A stretch of DNA of 64,000 nt from Thermoanaerobaculia bacterium (GCA_049284515.1 JBAPYB010000030.1:15345-79344), one strand, 5' to 3'; numbered from the stretch's first letter, positions 22,253 to 32,164 are shown. Numbers and translations are program-made. Notes: generated from the sequence alone by a model not told the origin.

Positions 22253-23671
22253 ATGGACCGTGATGCAGTCGTCGTCGGAGCGGGTCCGAACGGCCTGGCG
22301 GCGGCCATCGCCCTGGCGCAGGCGGGGTGGTCCGTCGAGCTGTTCGAGGCCGCGGCGACAGTGGGCGGCGGTGCGCGGTCGGCGGAGCTGACGCTCCCGG
22401 GCTTCGTGCACGACGTCTGCTCGGCGATCCATCCTCTGACGGTCGGCTCTCCCTTCCTCTCCCAACTGCCCCTGGATCGGCACGGTCTGCGTTGGATTCA
22501 TCCACCGTTCCCCTTGGCGCACCCTTTCGACGATGGCACGGCCGCCGTTCTCGCACGGAGCACGGCAGAGACGGGCGACAGCTTCCAGGAGAAGGAGGAC
22601 GCGAAGGCGTGGGCCCGCGTCTTCCAGCCGCTCGCCCAAGCCTGGGAGGGGCTCGCGCCGGATCTGCTGGCACCTTTCCACTGGCCCCGGCACCCGTTCC
22701 AGATGGCGGGGTTCGGCCTGCGAGGTCTGCGCTCTGCATCCGGATTCGCCCGCGGACGTTTCCGCGGCTTCCGCGCCCGGGCCCTCTTCGCCGGTGTGGC
22801 CGCGCATTCGTTCCTCCCCCTGGAGAAGATTCTCACCGCATCCTTCGGCCTGCTGCTCGGGGTCACCGGACACGCCGTGGGCTGGCCCCAGCCGGTGGGG
22901 GGCGCGCAACGCATCTCCGACGCTTTGGCCGGCGTCCTGAGCGAGGCCGGAGGACGCATCGTCACCGGCCGGCTCGTGCGGTCGATCGACGAGCTTCCCC
23001 GTGCCCGGGCTTACCTTTTCGACCTCACGCCGGCCCAGATGCTGCGGCTGGAGGGGCTGCGCTGGCCAGCCCGCTACCGGCGGCGCCTGGAGAGGTATTG
23101 CTATGGCCCGGGGGTCTTCAAGATGGACTGGGCGCTCTCGGGGCCAATTCCGTGGAAGGCCGAGGAGTGCCGCCAAGCCGGCACGATTCACGTCGGCGGC
23201 ACGCTGGAAGAGATCGAGGCCTCAGAGAGGGCCTCGTGGACAGGGAAGGAATCGGACCGGCCGTTCGTCCTCGTGGGCCAGGCCAGCGTCTTCGACGACA
23301 GCCGCGCGCCCGCCGGCAAGCACACGGGCTGGGCCTACTGCCACGTGCCGAACGGCTCGACGGTGGACAAGGCGGACGTCATCGAGCGGCAGATCGAGCG
23401 CTTCGCTCCCGGCTTCCGGGACCTCATCCTCGCGCGGCACACGCGGAACACGGCCCAGCTCGAAGCCTACAATCCCAACCTCGTCGGGGGGGACATCAAC
23501 GGCGGTGCCGCCACCCTCTCCCAGCTCTTCACCCGGCCCGTCGCCCGGCTCGATCCCTACTCCACGCCCGATCCGCGGGTCTTCCTCTGCTCAGCAAGTA
23601 CCCCACCCACCGGAGGCGTCCACGGCATGTGCGGCTACCACGCGGCTAGGTCGGTGCTACGTAGGCGTTAG
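22253..23671 (+). CDS. Phytoene desaturase-family NAD(P)/FAD-dependent oxidoreductase (CrtI-like)
   Basis: N-terminal VVVGAGPNGLAAAIALAQAG dinucleotide-binding motif; 472 aa. Confidence 0.8.
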   Translation: MDRDAVVVGAGPNGLAAAIALAQAGWSVELFEAAATVGGGARSAELTLPGFVHDVCSAIHPLTVGSPFLSQLPLDRHGLRWIHPPFPLAHPFDDGTAAVLARSTAETGDSFQEKEDAKAWARVFQPLAQAWEGLAPDLLAPFHWPRHPFQMAGFGLRGLRSASGFARGRFRGFRARALFAGVAAHSFLPLEKILTASFGLLLGVTGHAVGWPQPVGGAQRISDALAGVLSEAGGRIVTGRLVRSIDELPRARAYLFDLTPAQMLRLEGLRWPARYRRRLERYCYGPGVFKMDWALSGPIPWKAEECRQAGTIHVGGTLEEIEASERASWTGKESDRPFVLVGQASVFDDSRAPAGKHTGWAYCHVPNGSTVDKADVIERQIERFAPGFRDLILARHTRNTAQLEAYNPNLVGGDINGGAATLSQLFTRPVARLDPYSTPDPRVFLCSASTPPTGGVHGMCGYHAARSVLRRR

Positions 23672-23713
23672 AGCGCGTTTTGGGCCGAGCCCAGAGGTGA
23701 TATGCTAACCGCC

Positions 23714-23953
23714 ATGACGCGGAACGCCGTTCTAGAAGAAGCTCTCAAGCTCTCCGTCAAGGAGCGCGCCGATGTAGCCGTGGAGTTGCTCTCCAGCCTC
23801 GACGATAAGGAATGGGAGGACCAAGAAGAGGTTGCAAGAGCCTGGGGCGCCGAGATCGAACGCCGGGCTCGCCGCGCTCTCTCCGGGGAATCGGCAGGAT
23901 CTCCCTGGGAAGACGTCAAGCAAAGGATTGAGGGCCGCCTGGAAAGAGCGTGA
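23714..23953 (+). CDS. Putative addiction-module antitoxin (TIGR02574-like)
   Basis: MTRNAVLEEALKLSVKERADVAVELLSSL...; no RelE/ParE-like ORF follows. Confidence 0.55.
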   Translation: MTRNAVLEEALKLSVKERADVAVELLSSLDDKEWEDQEEVARAWGAEIERRARRALSGESAGSPWEDVKQRIEGRLERA

Positions 23954-24722
23954 GCAAACCGCTGCATCCGGCCCAACAGGCCGGGAGAACGGAGCCAGGG
24001 CATCTAAGGCCGCAAGCCGCTGCCCTGGGTGGAGAGATGATTAAAATGGTGCGGCCTGAATGGCCGCGAGACCTTTCTTCCCGAGCTGGGTTTCGCGACC
24101 GTGCAGGCCGGCCTTGGTCATGCCAGTGGGCTGATCTTTGGCACCAAAGCAAAGCGACGTCTCCAGCGATTTCCTTACCGATGATCGCCTGACATGGTGC
24201 GCCAACGCGCTCACTAAATAATTTCCGTCGAGATTCGATCCAGCTTGAAGTCCTGTCTCCGTGCTGGTAAACAGCCAGTACGTCGTCCTCTTCAAGCGCC
24301 TCCCAGATCTTTTCAAGATCAGACCAGGCGACATGCTCTGGCTTCGCTTTCTTCGTGGGAGAGAGGCCAGTATCGGGGTCCAAGAATGCGATCAGCGGAC
24401 GCGGAGTGGCCTTCAATTCGGCCACAGTAGCTTCGACGTACTCGTCCCTCTTCTCAGGATCGAAGACGCCAGCCCTGACTTCGATGTTGATGCCGACCAC
24501 CTCCCCGAGGCGACGGATGCCCTGGAGATCCGAGAAATGTCTCCAAACTTCCTCGGCGAGGCTAAACGTCTCCTTCATATTCCCGACTATCAACTCCATC
24601 TTCTTGCCATCTCGTAGATAGGCGATCTGGAGGATTTGGAGGATCTTATAGGTCTTCGCGAGATGAATCAGACCGCCCCACTTCACTCGATCTCGGCGGT
24701 CGCCATACCAAAGGCCTCTCAT
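23916..24722 (-). CDS. Hypothetical protein in a roughly 550-bp low-GC patch; 3' part looks degenerate and may be a frameshifted or decaying gene
   Basis: GC is about 52% over 24170-24720 against about 67% in the flanks. Conserved-looking N-terminal 180 aa (…LIAFLDPDTGLSP…); the C-terminal 80 aa is Arg/Pro-rich junk that overlaps the convergent antitoxin gene. Confidence 0.4.
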   Translation of the reverse strand: MRGLWYGDRRDRVKWGGLIHLAKTYKILQILQIAYLRDGKKMELIVGNMKETFSLAEEVWRHFSDLQGIRRLGEVVGINIEVRAGVFDPEKRDEYVEATVAELKATPRPLIAFLDPDTGLSPTKKAKPEHVAWSDLEKIWEALEEDDVLAVYQHGDRTSSWIESRRKLFSERVGAPCQAIIGKEIAGDVALLWCQRSAHWHDQGRPARSRNPAREERSRGHSGRTILIISPPRAAACGLRCPGSVLPACWAGCSGLLTLFPGGPQSFA

Positions 24723-24739
24723 GGTATTCCTTTCTGGTC

Positions 24740-25219
24740 TCACGCCGGCGGCTTCAACATCTCGAACTCCTGATTGCTGAACGGCGGCGAGGTCGGGCGC
24801 TTCACGACGTTGAAACCGAAATTCGCAGCTTGATGACATTGATTGCAGGCCGCCGTCAACTTGTCGAAGGCGGCTTCGAAGCGAATCTTGTTGCGGGCTT
24901 CGACAGCGGCGTCGACTTCGGCCAGGGGGCCTTCAATGATCGTGGGGACCAGTTTCGACACGGGGATGTGGGAGCCCTCCAGCACGGGGTGGAGCTTCAC
25001 CACGTCTCCGAAGCCCTCCTTGAGCTCGTCCACCTCGTAGGCGGCGAGGCGCCAGTTTTCATTTTCTCCAGCGAACCAGAGCTTGGCGTGCCGTACCTGC
25101 TGGCCGGCCATCAGCTCTCCCAGGCCCGGCACGTAGCCGGCGTCCCGCGGCTTCGCGCAGCCCCAGGTCGTGATGACCACAATCAAAATCCAGGCAAGCC
25201 CCCATCTCCGCAGGATCAT
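24740..25219 (-). CDS. Secreted class II cytochrome c (cytochrome c'-like)
   Basis: N-terminal signal peptide and a single CNQCH heme-binding motif near the C-terminus; 159 aa. Confidence 0.6.
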   Translation of the reverse strand: MILRRWGLAWILIVVITTWGCAKPRDAGYVPGLGELMAGQQVRHAKLWFAGENENWRLAAYEVDELKEGFGDVVKLHPVLEGSHIPVSKLVPTIIEGPLAEVDAAVEARNKIRFEAAFDKLTAACNQCHQAANFGFNVVKRPTSPPFSNQEFEMLKPPA

Positions 25220-25301
25220 TCTTCCCTCCCTTTCACGTCCGCCGCACGCACCGAAAACACGATGTGCTCGCGATCCCAGACTGTCGCCCGCTTTTCGGGC
25301 T

Positions 25302-25742
25302 TCATCCCCAACTTCGCGGCCACGGCCTGCGACGGGAATTGCCGGGCCGAATCAATGAGATCACCCGCGGCAGGCCCAGGGTGCCGAAGGCCCAACTCCG
25401 CGTCGCGAGGGCTGCCTCGGCGGCCAATCCCTGGCGCCAGAACGGATGGTGGATGAGATAGCCGATCTCCGGCTCCTCGACCCCGTCCACCTCCTGGATC
25501 AGGAGACCCACCTGCCCTCGCGGCTCGCCCGTGACGCGGTCCTCCACCAGCCAGAGGCCGTGGCCATGGCGCTCATAGCGGTCGAGCTGGCGCTCGATCC
25601 ACCACGTCGCCTCCTCCCGTGAGTAGAGCTTGGGATAGAAGCGCATCACCTCGGGATGGGAGAGCATTGCGGCGACAAAGTCGAGATCGCCGAGCGACAT
25701 CTCGCGCAGGCGCAGACGCAGCGTTTCGAGGACCGCCTTCAT
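25302..25742 (-). CDS. GNAT family N-acetyltransferase (RimJ/RimL-like)
   Basis: MKAVLETLRLRLREMSLGDLDF... The ORF-track start at 25946 is an upstream extension. Confidence 0.7.
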   Translation of the reverse strand: MKAVLETLRLRLREMSLGDLDFVAAMLSHPEVMRFYPKLYSREEATWWIERQLDRYERHGHGLWLVEDRVTGEPRGQVGLLIQEVDGVEEPEIGYLIHHPFWRQGLAAEAALATRSWAFGTLGLPRVISLIRPGNSRRRPWPRSWG

Positions 25743-27109
25743 GCCTCGCCAGCTTCCTCGCTCGCCGGCAGGCGCCCCGCTTTGATGGCCTTCTTCAGCG
25801 CTTCGAAGTCGCGCTCCGTCTGGTCCGCGTAGGCTACGGCGAATTTCGCCAGGGCCTCGTCGAGCACCTCGTTCGTGCCAATGTAGCCTTCGAGCGTGGC
25901 GGCGTCGCCGGAGCGGGCATGGGCGCGGGCCAGGGCCCGGCCGCACCAGCCGGCGTAGTCGGTGAGATCGGCAACGGAGATCTCGTCGAGGACGATGGAA
26001 ACTTTCAGCTCCCGGAGCTGCCGGCAGTAATAGTCACGGCCTTTGGCATCGCTCGACCAGCCGAGGAAGACGTCGCTCGCCGACTGCATCAGGTGCTGGC
26101 CGCGCACCACGCGCTCGCCCTGGTTGGCATGGAGGCTCTTGCCCGCGAACGGCTCCAGCACCGACGCGCGGGCCTCCTTGATCTGCAGGAACAGGGGATC
26201 GTCGTCCTCCGCCAGCAGGAGGGCCACGGCGCAGCGGGTGCCGACGCTGCCTACTCCCACCACTTTCATGGCCACGTCCGCCAGGCGAAAACGGTCGAAG
26301 ACGATTCGGCACTCGGGCGGCAGGGTCTTGCGGAACCTGCGGAGAAAGGCGCGGGCGTCCGCCTCCACGCCGTCACGGGCGTGCGAGTGAAAGATCAGCG
26401 GCGGCTCGTCCTTGATTCGCGGCGCACTGCCCTCCACGTCCACGAATTTGGGAAAGGCCCGGAGCATGGTCTGCCGGCGCGCCTTCTCCGCCTCTCCGGT
26501 GAGGCAGCGCTCCACGGCGTCCTGGGCACCCTCGATCGGGTTTTCGAGATCGAGGCGCGCATACCAGACGTCGAGGGCCCGCATGCCGGCCAGATGGGAC
26601 ATCATCTCGCGGTAGGACCGCACCGCGGCCTGGGCCGAGCCCGCCGCGGCCTTGTCGCCGATTCCGGCGTTGCGACCCGCCACCACGACGCTGGCCGCCA
26701 GACGTTTCAGATCCCACTCCCACGGCGCGGGAAGGGTTTCGTCGAAGTCGTTGACGTCGAAGACGAGATGCCTCTCCGGCGTCGCAAAGCCGCCGAAATT
26801 GGCGAGATGGCAGTCGCCGCCGGCTTGGACGCGGAGCCCGGTCGCCGGCGTCGGCGCGAGGTCCATCGCCATGACGGCCGCCGCTCCCCGCAGGAAGGCG
26901 AAGGGGGAGGCGCACATCCGCCCCCAGCGGATGGGAAGCAGTTCCTTGAGCCGGCCACGGCTGTTGGCCCGCAGCACGGCGATCGGGTCCGGCCGGTCCG
27001 CGGCCGGCTTCCAAACGTGGTGTGACGACCGCGACACTTTCTTGCGCAGGGCCTTCCCCGCCTCCAGGCGCTCGGCCTTGAGCCGAGGATGTGCGGCGAA
27101 TTCGGTCAT
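25739..27109 (-). CDS. DUF2252 domain-containing protein
   Basis: 456 aa beginning MTEFAAHPRLKAERLEAGKALRKK... with the typical DUF2252 architecture. Confidence 0.75.
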   Translation of the reverse strand: MTEFAAHPRLKAERLEAGKALRKKVSRSSHHVWKPAADRPDPIAVLRANSRGRLKELLPIRWGRMCASPFAFLRGAAAVMAMDLAPTPATGLRVQAGGDCHLANFGGFATPERHLVFDVNDFDETLPAPWEWDLKRLAASVVVAGRNAGIGDKAAAGSAQAAVRSYREMMSHLAGMRALDVWYARLDLENPIEGAQDAVERCLTGEAEKARRQTMLRAFPKFVDVEGSAPRIKDEPPLIFHSHARDGVEADARAFLRRFRKTLPPECRIVFDRFRLADVAMKVVGVGSVGTRCAVALLLAEDDDPLFLQIKEARASVLEPFAGKSLHANQGERVVRGQHLMQSASDVFLGWSSDAKGRDYYCRQLRELKVSIVLDEISVADLTDYAGWCGRALARAHARSGDAATLEGYIGTNEVLDEALAKFAVAYADQTERDFEALKKAIKAGRLPASEEAGEA

Positions 27110-27202
27110 GACAGTCCATAGTAAAGGAAATGCGCTGAGGAACCAGCGGGTGCCGGTCCGCCAGCCGTCCGCCTTGCAGCCCAGAAGCCAAGCGCCAGCC
27201 AT

Positions 27203-27838
27203 CTACCTGTCGATTTTTCGGCCATACACGATCTTCCACTCCACGCGGCCGTCCGGGGGCGGCGGCCGGAAGGCGGGCCGGCGTCCCAAGGGATGGAATC
27301 CCAGGTGCTCGAAAAAGTGCCGGGCCGGCTCGTTCTCCTCGTAGACCGTGGCATGGGCCCCCGGCACTCCCCGGCGCGTCGCCTCTCCCAGAAAAAGCTC
27401 CACCAACCGGGTGCCGACCTCGTGCCTCTGCACCGCCGGCAGGAGGTCGATGTGAAGCAAGGATGGATACGCCTCCAGGCTCGGGCCGCCGCGGCTGGAG
27501 GCGATGAACCGGGGCAGGCCCGCCATGAGGCGCCAGAGAGCCGAACGGAAAAGAAGTCCGCCCGCAAGCGCCCGGGCGACGGCCGGCGGCACCACGCGCC
27601 AGGCCTGGATTCGGGCGAAGCGATGCAGGTCGAAACAGCCTGCAAGGTATCCCTGTACAGCCTCTTCCTGCTCGATCACCCAGAGAGGCCCGGTGCCGAA
27701 ATCAGTCCAGGCCCGGACCATCAAGTCGGCGAATAGCCGGGGATCGAGAAGCGCAGCGCCATCGCTACCGTAGGCCGTCGCGAGGCAGATCTCCCTCACC
27801 GCGGCGCGGTCCCGCGACTCGTAAAGACGAATCTCCAT
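27203..27838 (-). CDS. GNAT family N-acetyltransferase
   Basis: MEIRLYESRDRAAVREI... and C-terminal ATVYEENEPARHFFEHLGF. Confidence 0.7.
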   Translation of the reverse strand: MEIRLYESRDRAAVREICLATAYGSDGAALLDPRLFADLMVRAWTDFGTGPLWVIEQEEAVQGYLAGCFDLHRFARIQAWRVVPPAVARALAGGLLFRSALWRLMAGLPRFIASSRGGPSLEAYPSLLHIDLLPAVQRHEVGTRLVELFLGEATRRGVPGAHATVYEENEPARHFFEHLGFHPLGRRPAFRPPPPDGRVEWKIVYGRKIDR

Positions 27839-27911
27839 CTGCGCTGAATTGTATCGCGGGTCCGGTTCCCTGATCTGATAGCGTTCCAACCAGGTTTCTC
27901 GTGGAGAGAGC

Positions 27912-28538
27912 ATGCCCAAAATGTGCCCCAAGGTGATCCTGGAAGGGACCCGCCTGACGCTGAAGACCGAGATTGCCTTCGCGCTCAACGAGCATCCGCG
28001 GATCGTGGGACCGCGCAAGTACCGCTACCACTCGCCTCTGATCTCGGGCGAGTGGTGCGCCTTCACCAACGTCCCCTGGGGCCGCGGACTGATCAACTTC
28101 GCGCCGGAGGAGGAGTCGCTGGCCCTGGAGACCTACGCCACCTGGGCGCGGCTCTTCGAGCTGCAGCGCTACTATTCATGGATCGTCGACCGTTTCCACG
28201 TCTCCACCCGCGCCTATCAGCTTCAGGCGCGCGGCAAGGACTACGACTTCCGCTGGCTGGAGGAGAGGCTCCTGCCGCTCGGCTTCCGCATCGTCTTCTG
28301 CACCCGCAGCCCGGATTCCTTCGCCGCCGCCCGCGAGGAGCGCCTCAAGGTCTCGGGCAATCCCGGGCAGTATGACGACCTCGCTCCCTTCATCGCCGAG
28401 CAGGAGCTGATGCGCCGGCTGGTCGCCGAGTCCCTCCTTCCCAACTGTACTCTCGACATCTCGGACAGCGACGTCGGCAAGGCGGCGGACCGCGTGGCCG
28501 ACTGGCTGGAGGCCAGCGGCGGGCTGTACCTGGAGTAG
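27912..28538 (+). CDS. Hypothetical P-loop-kinase-like protein with a degenerate Walker A
   Basis: VILEGTRLTLKTEIAFAL resembles a dNK/CPT-type kinase N-terminus but lacks the GxxGxGK[ST] motif. Confidence 0.45.
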   Translation: MPKMCPKVILEGTRLTLKTEIAFALNEHPRIVGPRKYRYHSPLISGEWCAFTNVPWGRGLINFAPEEESLALETYATWARLFELQRYYSWIVDRFHVSTRAYQLQARGKDYDFRWLEERLLPLGFRIVFCTRSPDSFAAAREERLKVSGNPGQYDDLAPFIAEQELMRRLVAESLLPNCTLDISDSDVGKAADRVADWLEASGGLYLE

Positions 28539-28813
28539 ACGCGACCGGTAACCATTTCTCCGGCACAAGGTACTTGAGACCAGCGGTTGAAGTTTTCCAC
28601 ACACCCAGCCAAGGAATTTGACCATGCTGTCTCGCTGGAGGCATTCCGTGCCGGTATTACCAACCTGCCGGGTTCACCCCATCCTCATTTCCCCTCCACT
28701 GCCCCGGGGCGGCCCCCTTCCCATCCCCCGGGGTGGCGCGGGCCGCCGAACCCGTCCGTAGAGTGGTCCCATCGGAGCACGGAGCGTGCAAAGACCCGAT
28801 GGGAGGAGCAGAC

Positions 28814-29335
28814 ATGTTCGCCGACCTCATTTCCGAGCCCAAACCCCTTTCTTTCCAGGAGAGCCAGGACGTCACCCCCGCAGCCTCGTTCCAGGAGATG
28901 CTCGGCAGCGCCCTCAAGATCGTCCGCAAGCACTATCCCGGCGCCCGCTTCCTCGAAGCGGACATCGACTATGAGCAGTTCGGCAGCGGCTGGCGGTTCG
29001 TCTTCGACGTGCCGGCCACCAGCCTCAGGGAGACGCAATCGACGGTGATCCTCTACAACGTCATGGGACAGTTCCAGATGCCGTTGCAGCTCGTCGAGGC
29101 TCCGTGGTCGGGCGATCAGCCCATTCCGCTCCCGCTCCCCGTCGGCGTCGAGGAAGCCGAAGAGCTGGCGCAGCAGGCGGGCAGGAACGGCGTCGTGACC
29201 AGCGCCAGCCTGCGCTGGGTGCTGTTCCCCGGCATCGAGGAGCCGCACTACATCCTCACCATCCCCGACCGCGACCTCCAGGTGTTCGTGGGGGCTTACA
29301 GCCGGCAGGTCAGGGCCATTCCGCTGACGGTATAG
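28814..29335 (+). CDS. Hypothetical protein
   Basis: SD GGGAGGAG before ATG (MFADLISEP...). No family recognised. Confidence 0.5.
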   Translation: MFADLISEPKPLSFQESQDVTPAASFQEMLGSALKIVRKHYPGARFLEADIDYEQFGSGWRFVFDVPATSLRETQSTVILYNVMGQFQMPLQLVEAPWSGDQPIPLPLPVGVEEAEELAQQAGRNGVVTSASLRWVLFPGIEEPHYILTIPDRDLQVFVGAYSRQVRAIPLTV

Positions 29336-30287
29336 CCCCCTCGGGCAGGACCCAGTCGGCGCGACCGATCTTCTCCCAGGCAAAGATGGGGATGAGATCG
29401 GCCGGCCGGCAGGGCTCGGGCCGGTCGAGCAGGCCCAGGGAGTGGGCCAGGTAACCGGTGACCGCCTCCGGGCTCGCTCCCTCTTCGCGCAGCGAGCGCA
29501 GGGTGAGCCCCTGATCGCGCTTCGACAGCTTCTCTCCCTGGGCATTCACCATCAGCGGCATGTGAGCGTAGGCCGGCGGCGAGCCGCCCAGGGCCCGGAT
29601 CAACTGGATCTGCCGCGCCGTCGAGGCGAGGAGGTCGGAGCCGCGCACCACGTCGTCGATTTCCATCGCGAGGTCGTCCACCACCACGGCCAATTGATAC
29701 GCGTAAAGTCCGTCGCGGCGCTTGAGCACGAAGTCCCCCACCGCCAGGTCCACTCGCTCGGTCATCGGTCCAAAAACCCGATCGGTGAACGAAACCTTTT
29801 CTTCGTCGACCCGGAAGCGAATCGCCGCATCCGGCCGCGCCATGCCGCACAACTGTTCGAACCAGTCCCGCTCCAGGCTCGCGGGCCGCAGCGACGCGGG
29901 GTACGGCGTCTCCTCGCCGCCGTGCGGAGCGGAGGCCACGGCCTGGAGATCCTTGCGTGAGAGCCGGCACGGGAAGAGCCGGCCGGCCGCAGCGAGCTTC
30001 TGGAGCGCCGCCTCGTAGAGCTCGCTCCGTTCGGATTGGACGTAAGGCGCATGGGGACCGCCGACGTCCGGCCCCTCGTCCCAATCGAGGCCCAGCCAGG
30101 CGAGATCCTCCATCTGAGCCGCCGCAAGCCCAGGAACCACCCGCGGCCCGTCGAGATCCTCCACCCGCCAGACGAACGTGCCCCCCCGGCTGCGCACCGA
30201 AAGCCAAGCCGCCAGCGCCGAGCGGGCGTTGCCGAGGTGGATCATCCCCGTCGGGGATGGGGCGTAGCGGCCACGGGGGGCAGACAC
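29310..30287 (-). CDS. gluQ: Glutamyl-Q tRNA(Asp) synthetase
   Basis: RGRYAPSPTGMIHLGN HIGH-class motif and KLSKR; 325 aa. Confidence 0.85.
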   Translation of the reverse strand: MSAPRGRYAPSPTGMIHLGNARSALAAWLSVRSRGGTFVWRVEDLDGPRVVPGLAAAQMEDLAWLGLDWDEGPDVGGPHAPYVQSERSELYEAALQKLAAAGRLFPCRLSRKDLQAVASAPHGGEETPYPASLRPASLERDWFEQLCGMARPDAAIRFRVDEEKVSFTDRVFGPMTERVDLAVGDFVLKRRDGLYAYQLAVVVDDLAMEIDDVVRGSDLLASTARQIQLIRALGGSPPAYAHMPLMVNAQGEKLSKRDQGLTLRSLREEGASPEAVTGYLAHSLGLLDRPEPCRPADLIPIFAWEKIGRADWVLPEGAIPSAEWP

Positions 30288-30288
30288 T

Positions 30289-30906
30289 TCAGAGCAGCGA
30301 CCGCAAGGCGCTGCGCAATTCGTCCACGAAATGCTTCAGCGAGGGTTGGTTCTTGCCGGCACGGTACAGGTCCATGGCCGCCACTAGATCGGGAGCGTAC
30401 TCCATCTCGTTGGTGAGGATCAGTTGGCCGGCATCCAGGATCGTCTTTCTCAGGAGTTGCTTGTAGAGGTGCCGCTCGCATTTTTCAGGGACAGCAGGAG
30501 TCGACACGCCAAGTACCTCTTGGATGGCCTGGGGATCAGCCATGCACCATTTTTCGACGTGGGGATCCGGGCAACCGATCACACAGCGGGCGAAAATCCG
30601 CGAGTCAATCGTATCTTCCAACTCGCGCCGGACTTGTGCCCAACCATTACAGTTCGCATCGATCATCAGTACCAGAAGGTCTGGAAGAGTCTGACCAGCG
30701 CGATGCTGTGAGGCCACCGCACGCTGCCAGAGCCTGAATTCCGTCAATGCCCGCCCGTGCCCGCCACGTCCACTGGGAGTCCTGAGCTCGAGGCGCAGAC
30801 CCAGATTGGCGGCCAATCGGCTGACGAGCGCCCGAGCGAACTGCTCGTGACCACTATCCTCGCAGTAGAGATCGATCCTCAGCCGGTCAGCCATCGAGCC
30901 ATCCAC
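30289..30906 (-). CDS. DUF4276-like protein with TOPRIM-like acidic motifs, partner of the upstream ABC ATPase
   Basis: IDLYCEDSGHE and LLVLMIDANCNG (E...DxD-like). Overlaps the ATPase gene by 20 nt; local GC about 58%. Confidence 0.6.
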   Translation of the reverse strand: MDGSMADRLRIDLYCEDSGHEQFARALVSRLAANLGLRLELRTPSGRGGHGRALTEFRLWQRAVASQHRAGQTLPDLLVLMIDANCNGWAQVRRELEDTIDSRIFARCVIGCPDPHVEKWCMADPQAIQEVLGVSTPAVPEKCERHLYKQLLRKTILDAGQLILTNEMEYAPDLVAAMDLYRAGKNQPSLKHFVDELRSALRSLL

Positions 30907-32164
30907 GCAGCAACATGGCTTCCACGAGTCCCGAGTCCTCCGGTCCCGTCAATGAGCTTTTTATCTCGGTATCCTCGAAAAGAGGACCAAGCGGTTGAAA
31001 CAGCTTCACCTCTGTCGCCCGCCCATGTTGAGAGCAGTGGAAAATCTTGATTTGGGCTGGATTCTCCAATGCACGTCTATACATGGCTGAGATCAAGGTG
31101 GGTGAATGAGTCGTCACGACCACCTGGTTGCGCCCTTGGTCGGCCATAGAAGAGAGAAGATTCGCAATCACCTCGATCCGCCGCGGATGCACTCCGTTTT
31201 CGGGCTCCTCAAAGGCAATCAATTCTCCTGGCCAGGGATTCGCAGCCAGGCAGCAGAGCGCAAGTACACGAAGCGTCCCTTCGGAGACAACGCGTGAGGA
31301 ATAGGGTGTCCCTTCCTGGCGAATGACAATATCTAGCGTGCCTCGCCGTGGGTCAAGATCCACGTCGAGGCCTTCGACCGTAGGAATGGCGGTCCTCAGC
31401 GCCCTGCCTATGGCACGGAAATACTTGCGATGAGCTTCGCTCGACTTTAAGCGATAGAGAAAAGGAGCGATCAACTCTCCGCGTGAGCCAATATCAGCGA
31501 CCTCCCGCGGCGGCTGTGGCTCACGCATACCGATTCGGGGATCGAGATAATAGGTCTGCCAAGCCGACAGCTCTGCACGCAGGCGATCTAAATCAGGATA
31601 CCGGTACTCCCCAGCGAACTGGAGGTTGGAGACCAGCGTGTGATTGAGACCAAGCGGCTCATGGCGAGGATGGCCTGATTCCCCAAGCTGGCGGACCACC
31701 AGGGAGTCTCCTGAACGCTCGATCCGCGGCTTCTGCTTAGGATTCAGATCTCGCTTCAACCGGACGAGAAACTCATCCGCTACCTCCAATGCTCCCGTCT
31801 TGGGCTGGATGCGGATGGTCGCCCGGTACCGAATGGGCTCGGAAGCGGCCTTTCTCGAAGGTCTTCCGGAAAACCGGGCTGGCTGGACCTCGGCTTCCAA
31901 GGTGAGCTCTGACTGATCTTGCCGAAGCAATCCCTCGAGACCACTCTCTGGAAGATTGAAGGCCTCCAGGGGATAACCCCGCAGGGGCGGCTCGAAGGCA
32001 GCCGCCAGGGTCTGTTCTGTGGCAAGACGCGAGAGCAGCAGAAGCGCCTCGAGAAGATTGCTCTTCCCCGCCGCATTCGGCCCCATCAGGACCACGAGCG
32101 GAGCAAGCTCGATATCGACATCGAGCAGCGACTTGAACCCTTGGACTCGGAATCGGCTTAGCAA
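30887..32164 (-). CDS. ABC-type AAA ATPase (AAA_15/AAA_21-like)
   Basis: Walker A GPNAAGKSN, signature SEGTLRVLAL, Walker B LIAFEEPENGVHP and H-loop TTHSP. Confidence 0.8.
   Translation of the reverse strand: MLSRFRVQGFKSLLDVDIELAPLVVLMGPNAAGKSNLLEALLLLSRLATEQTLAAAFEPPLRGYPLEAFNLPESGLEGLLRQDQSELTLEAEVQPARFSGRPSRKAASEPIRYRATIRIQPKTGALEVADEFLVRLKRDLNPKQKPRIERSGDSLVVRQLGESGHPRHEPLGLNHTLVSNLQFAGEYRYPDLDRLRAELSAWQTYYLDPRIGMREPQPPREVADIGSRGELIAPFLYRLKSSEAHRKYFRAIGRALRTAIPTVEGLDVDLDPRRGTLDIVIRQEGTPYSSRVVSEGTLRVLALCCLAANPWPGELIAFEEPENGVHPRRIEVIANLLSSMADQGRNQVVVTTHSPTLISAMYRRALENPAQIKIFHCSQHGRATEVKLFQPLGPLFEDTEIKSSLTGPEDSGLVEAMLLRGWLDG

Noticed and set aside
23950-24192. ORF downstream of the TIGR02574 antitoxin as its RelE/ParE toxin partner
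   Set aside because: Sequence lacks any RelE/ParE features and is Arg/Pro-rich; likely non-coding.
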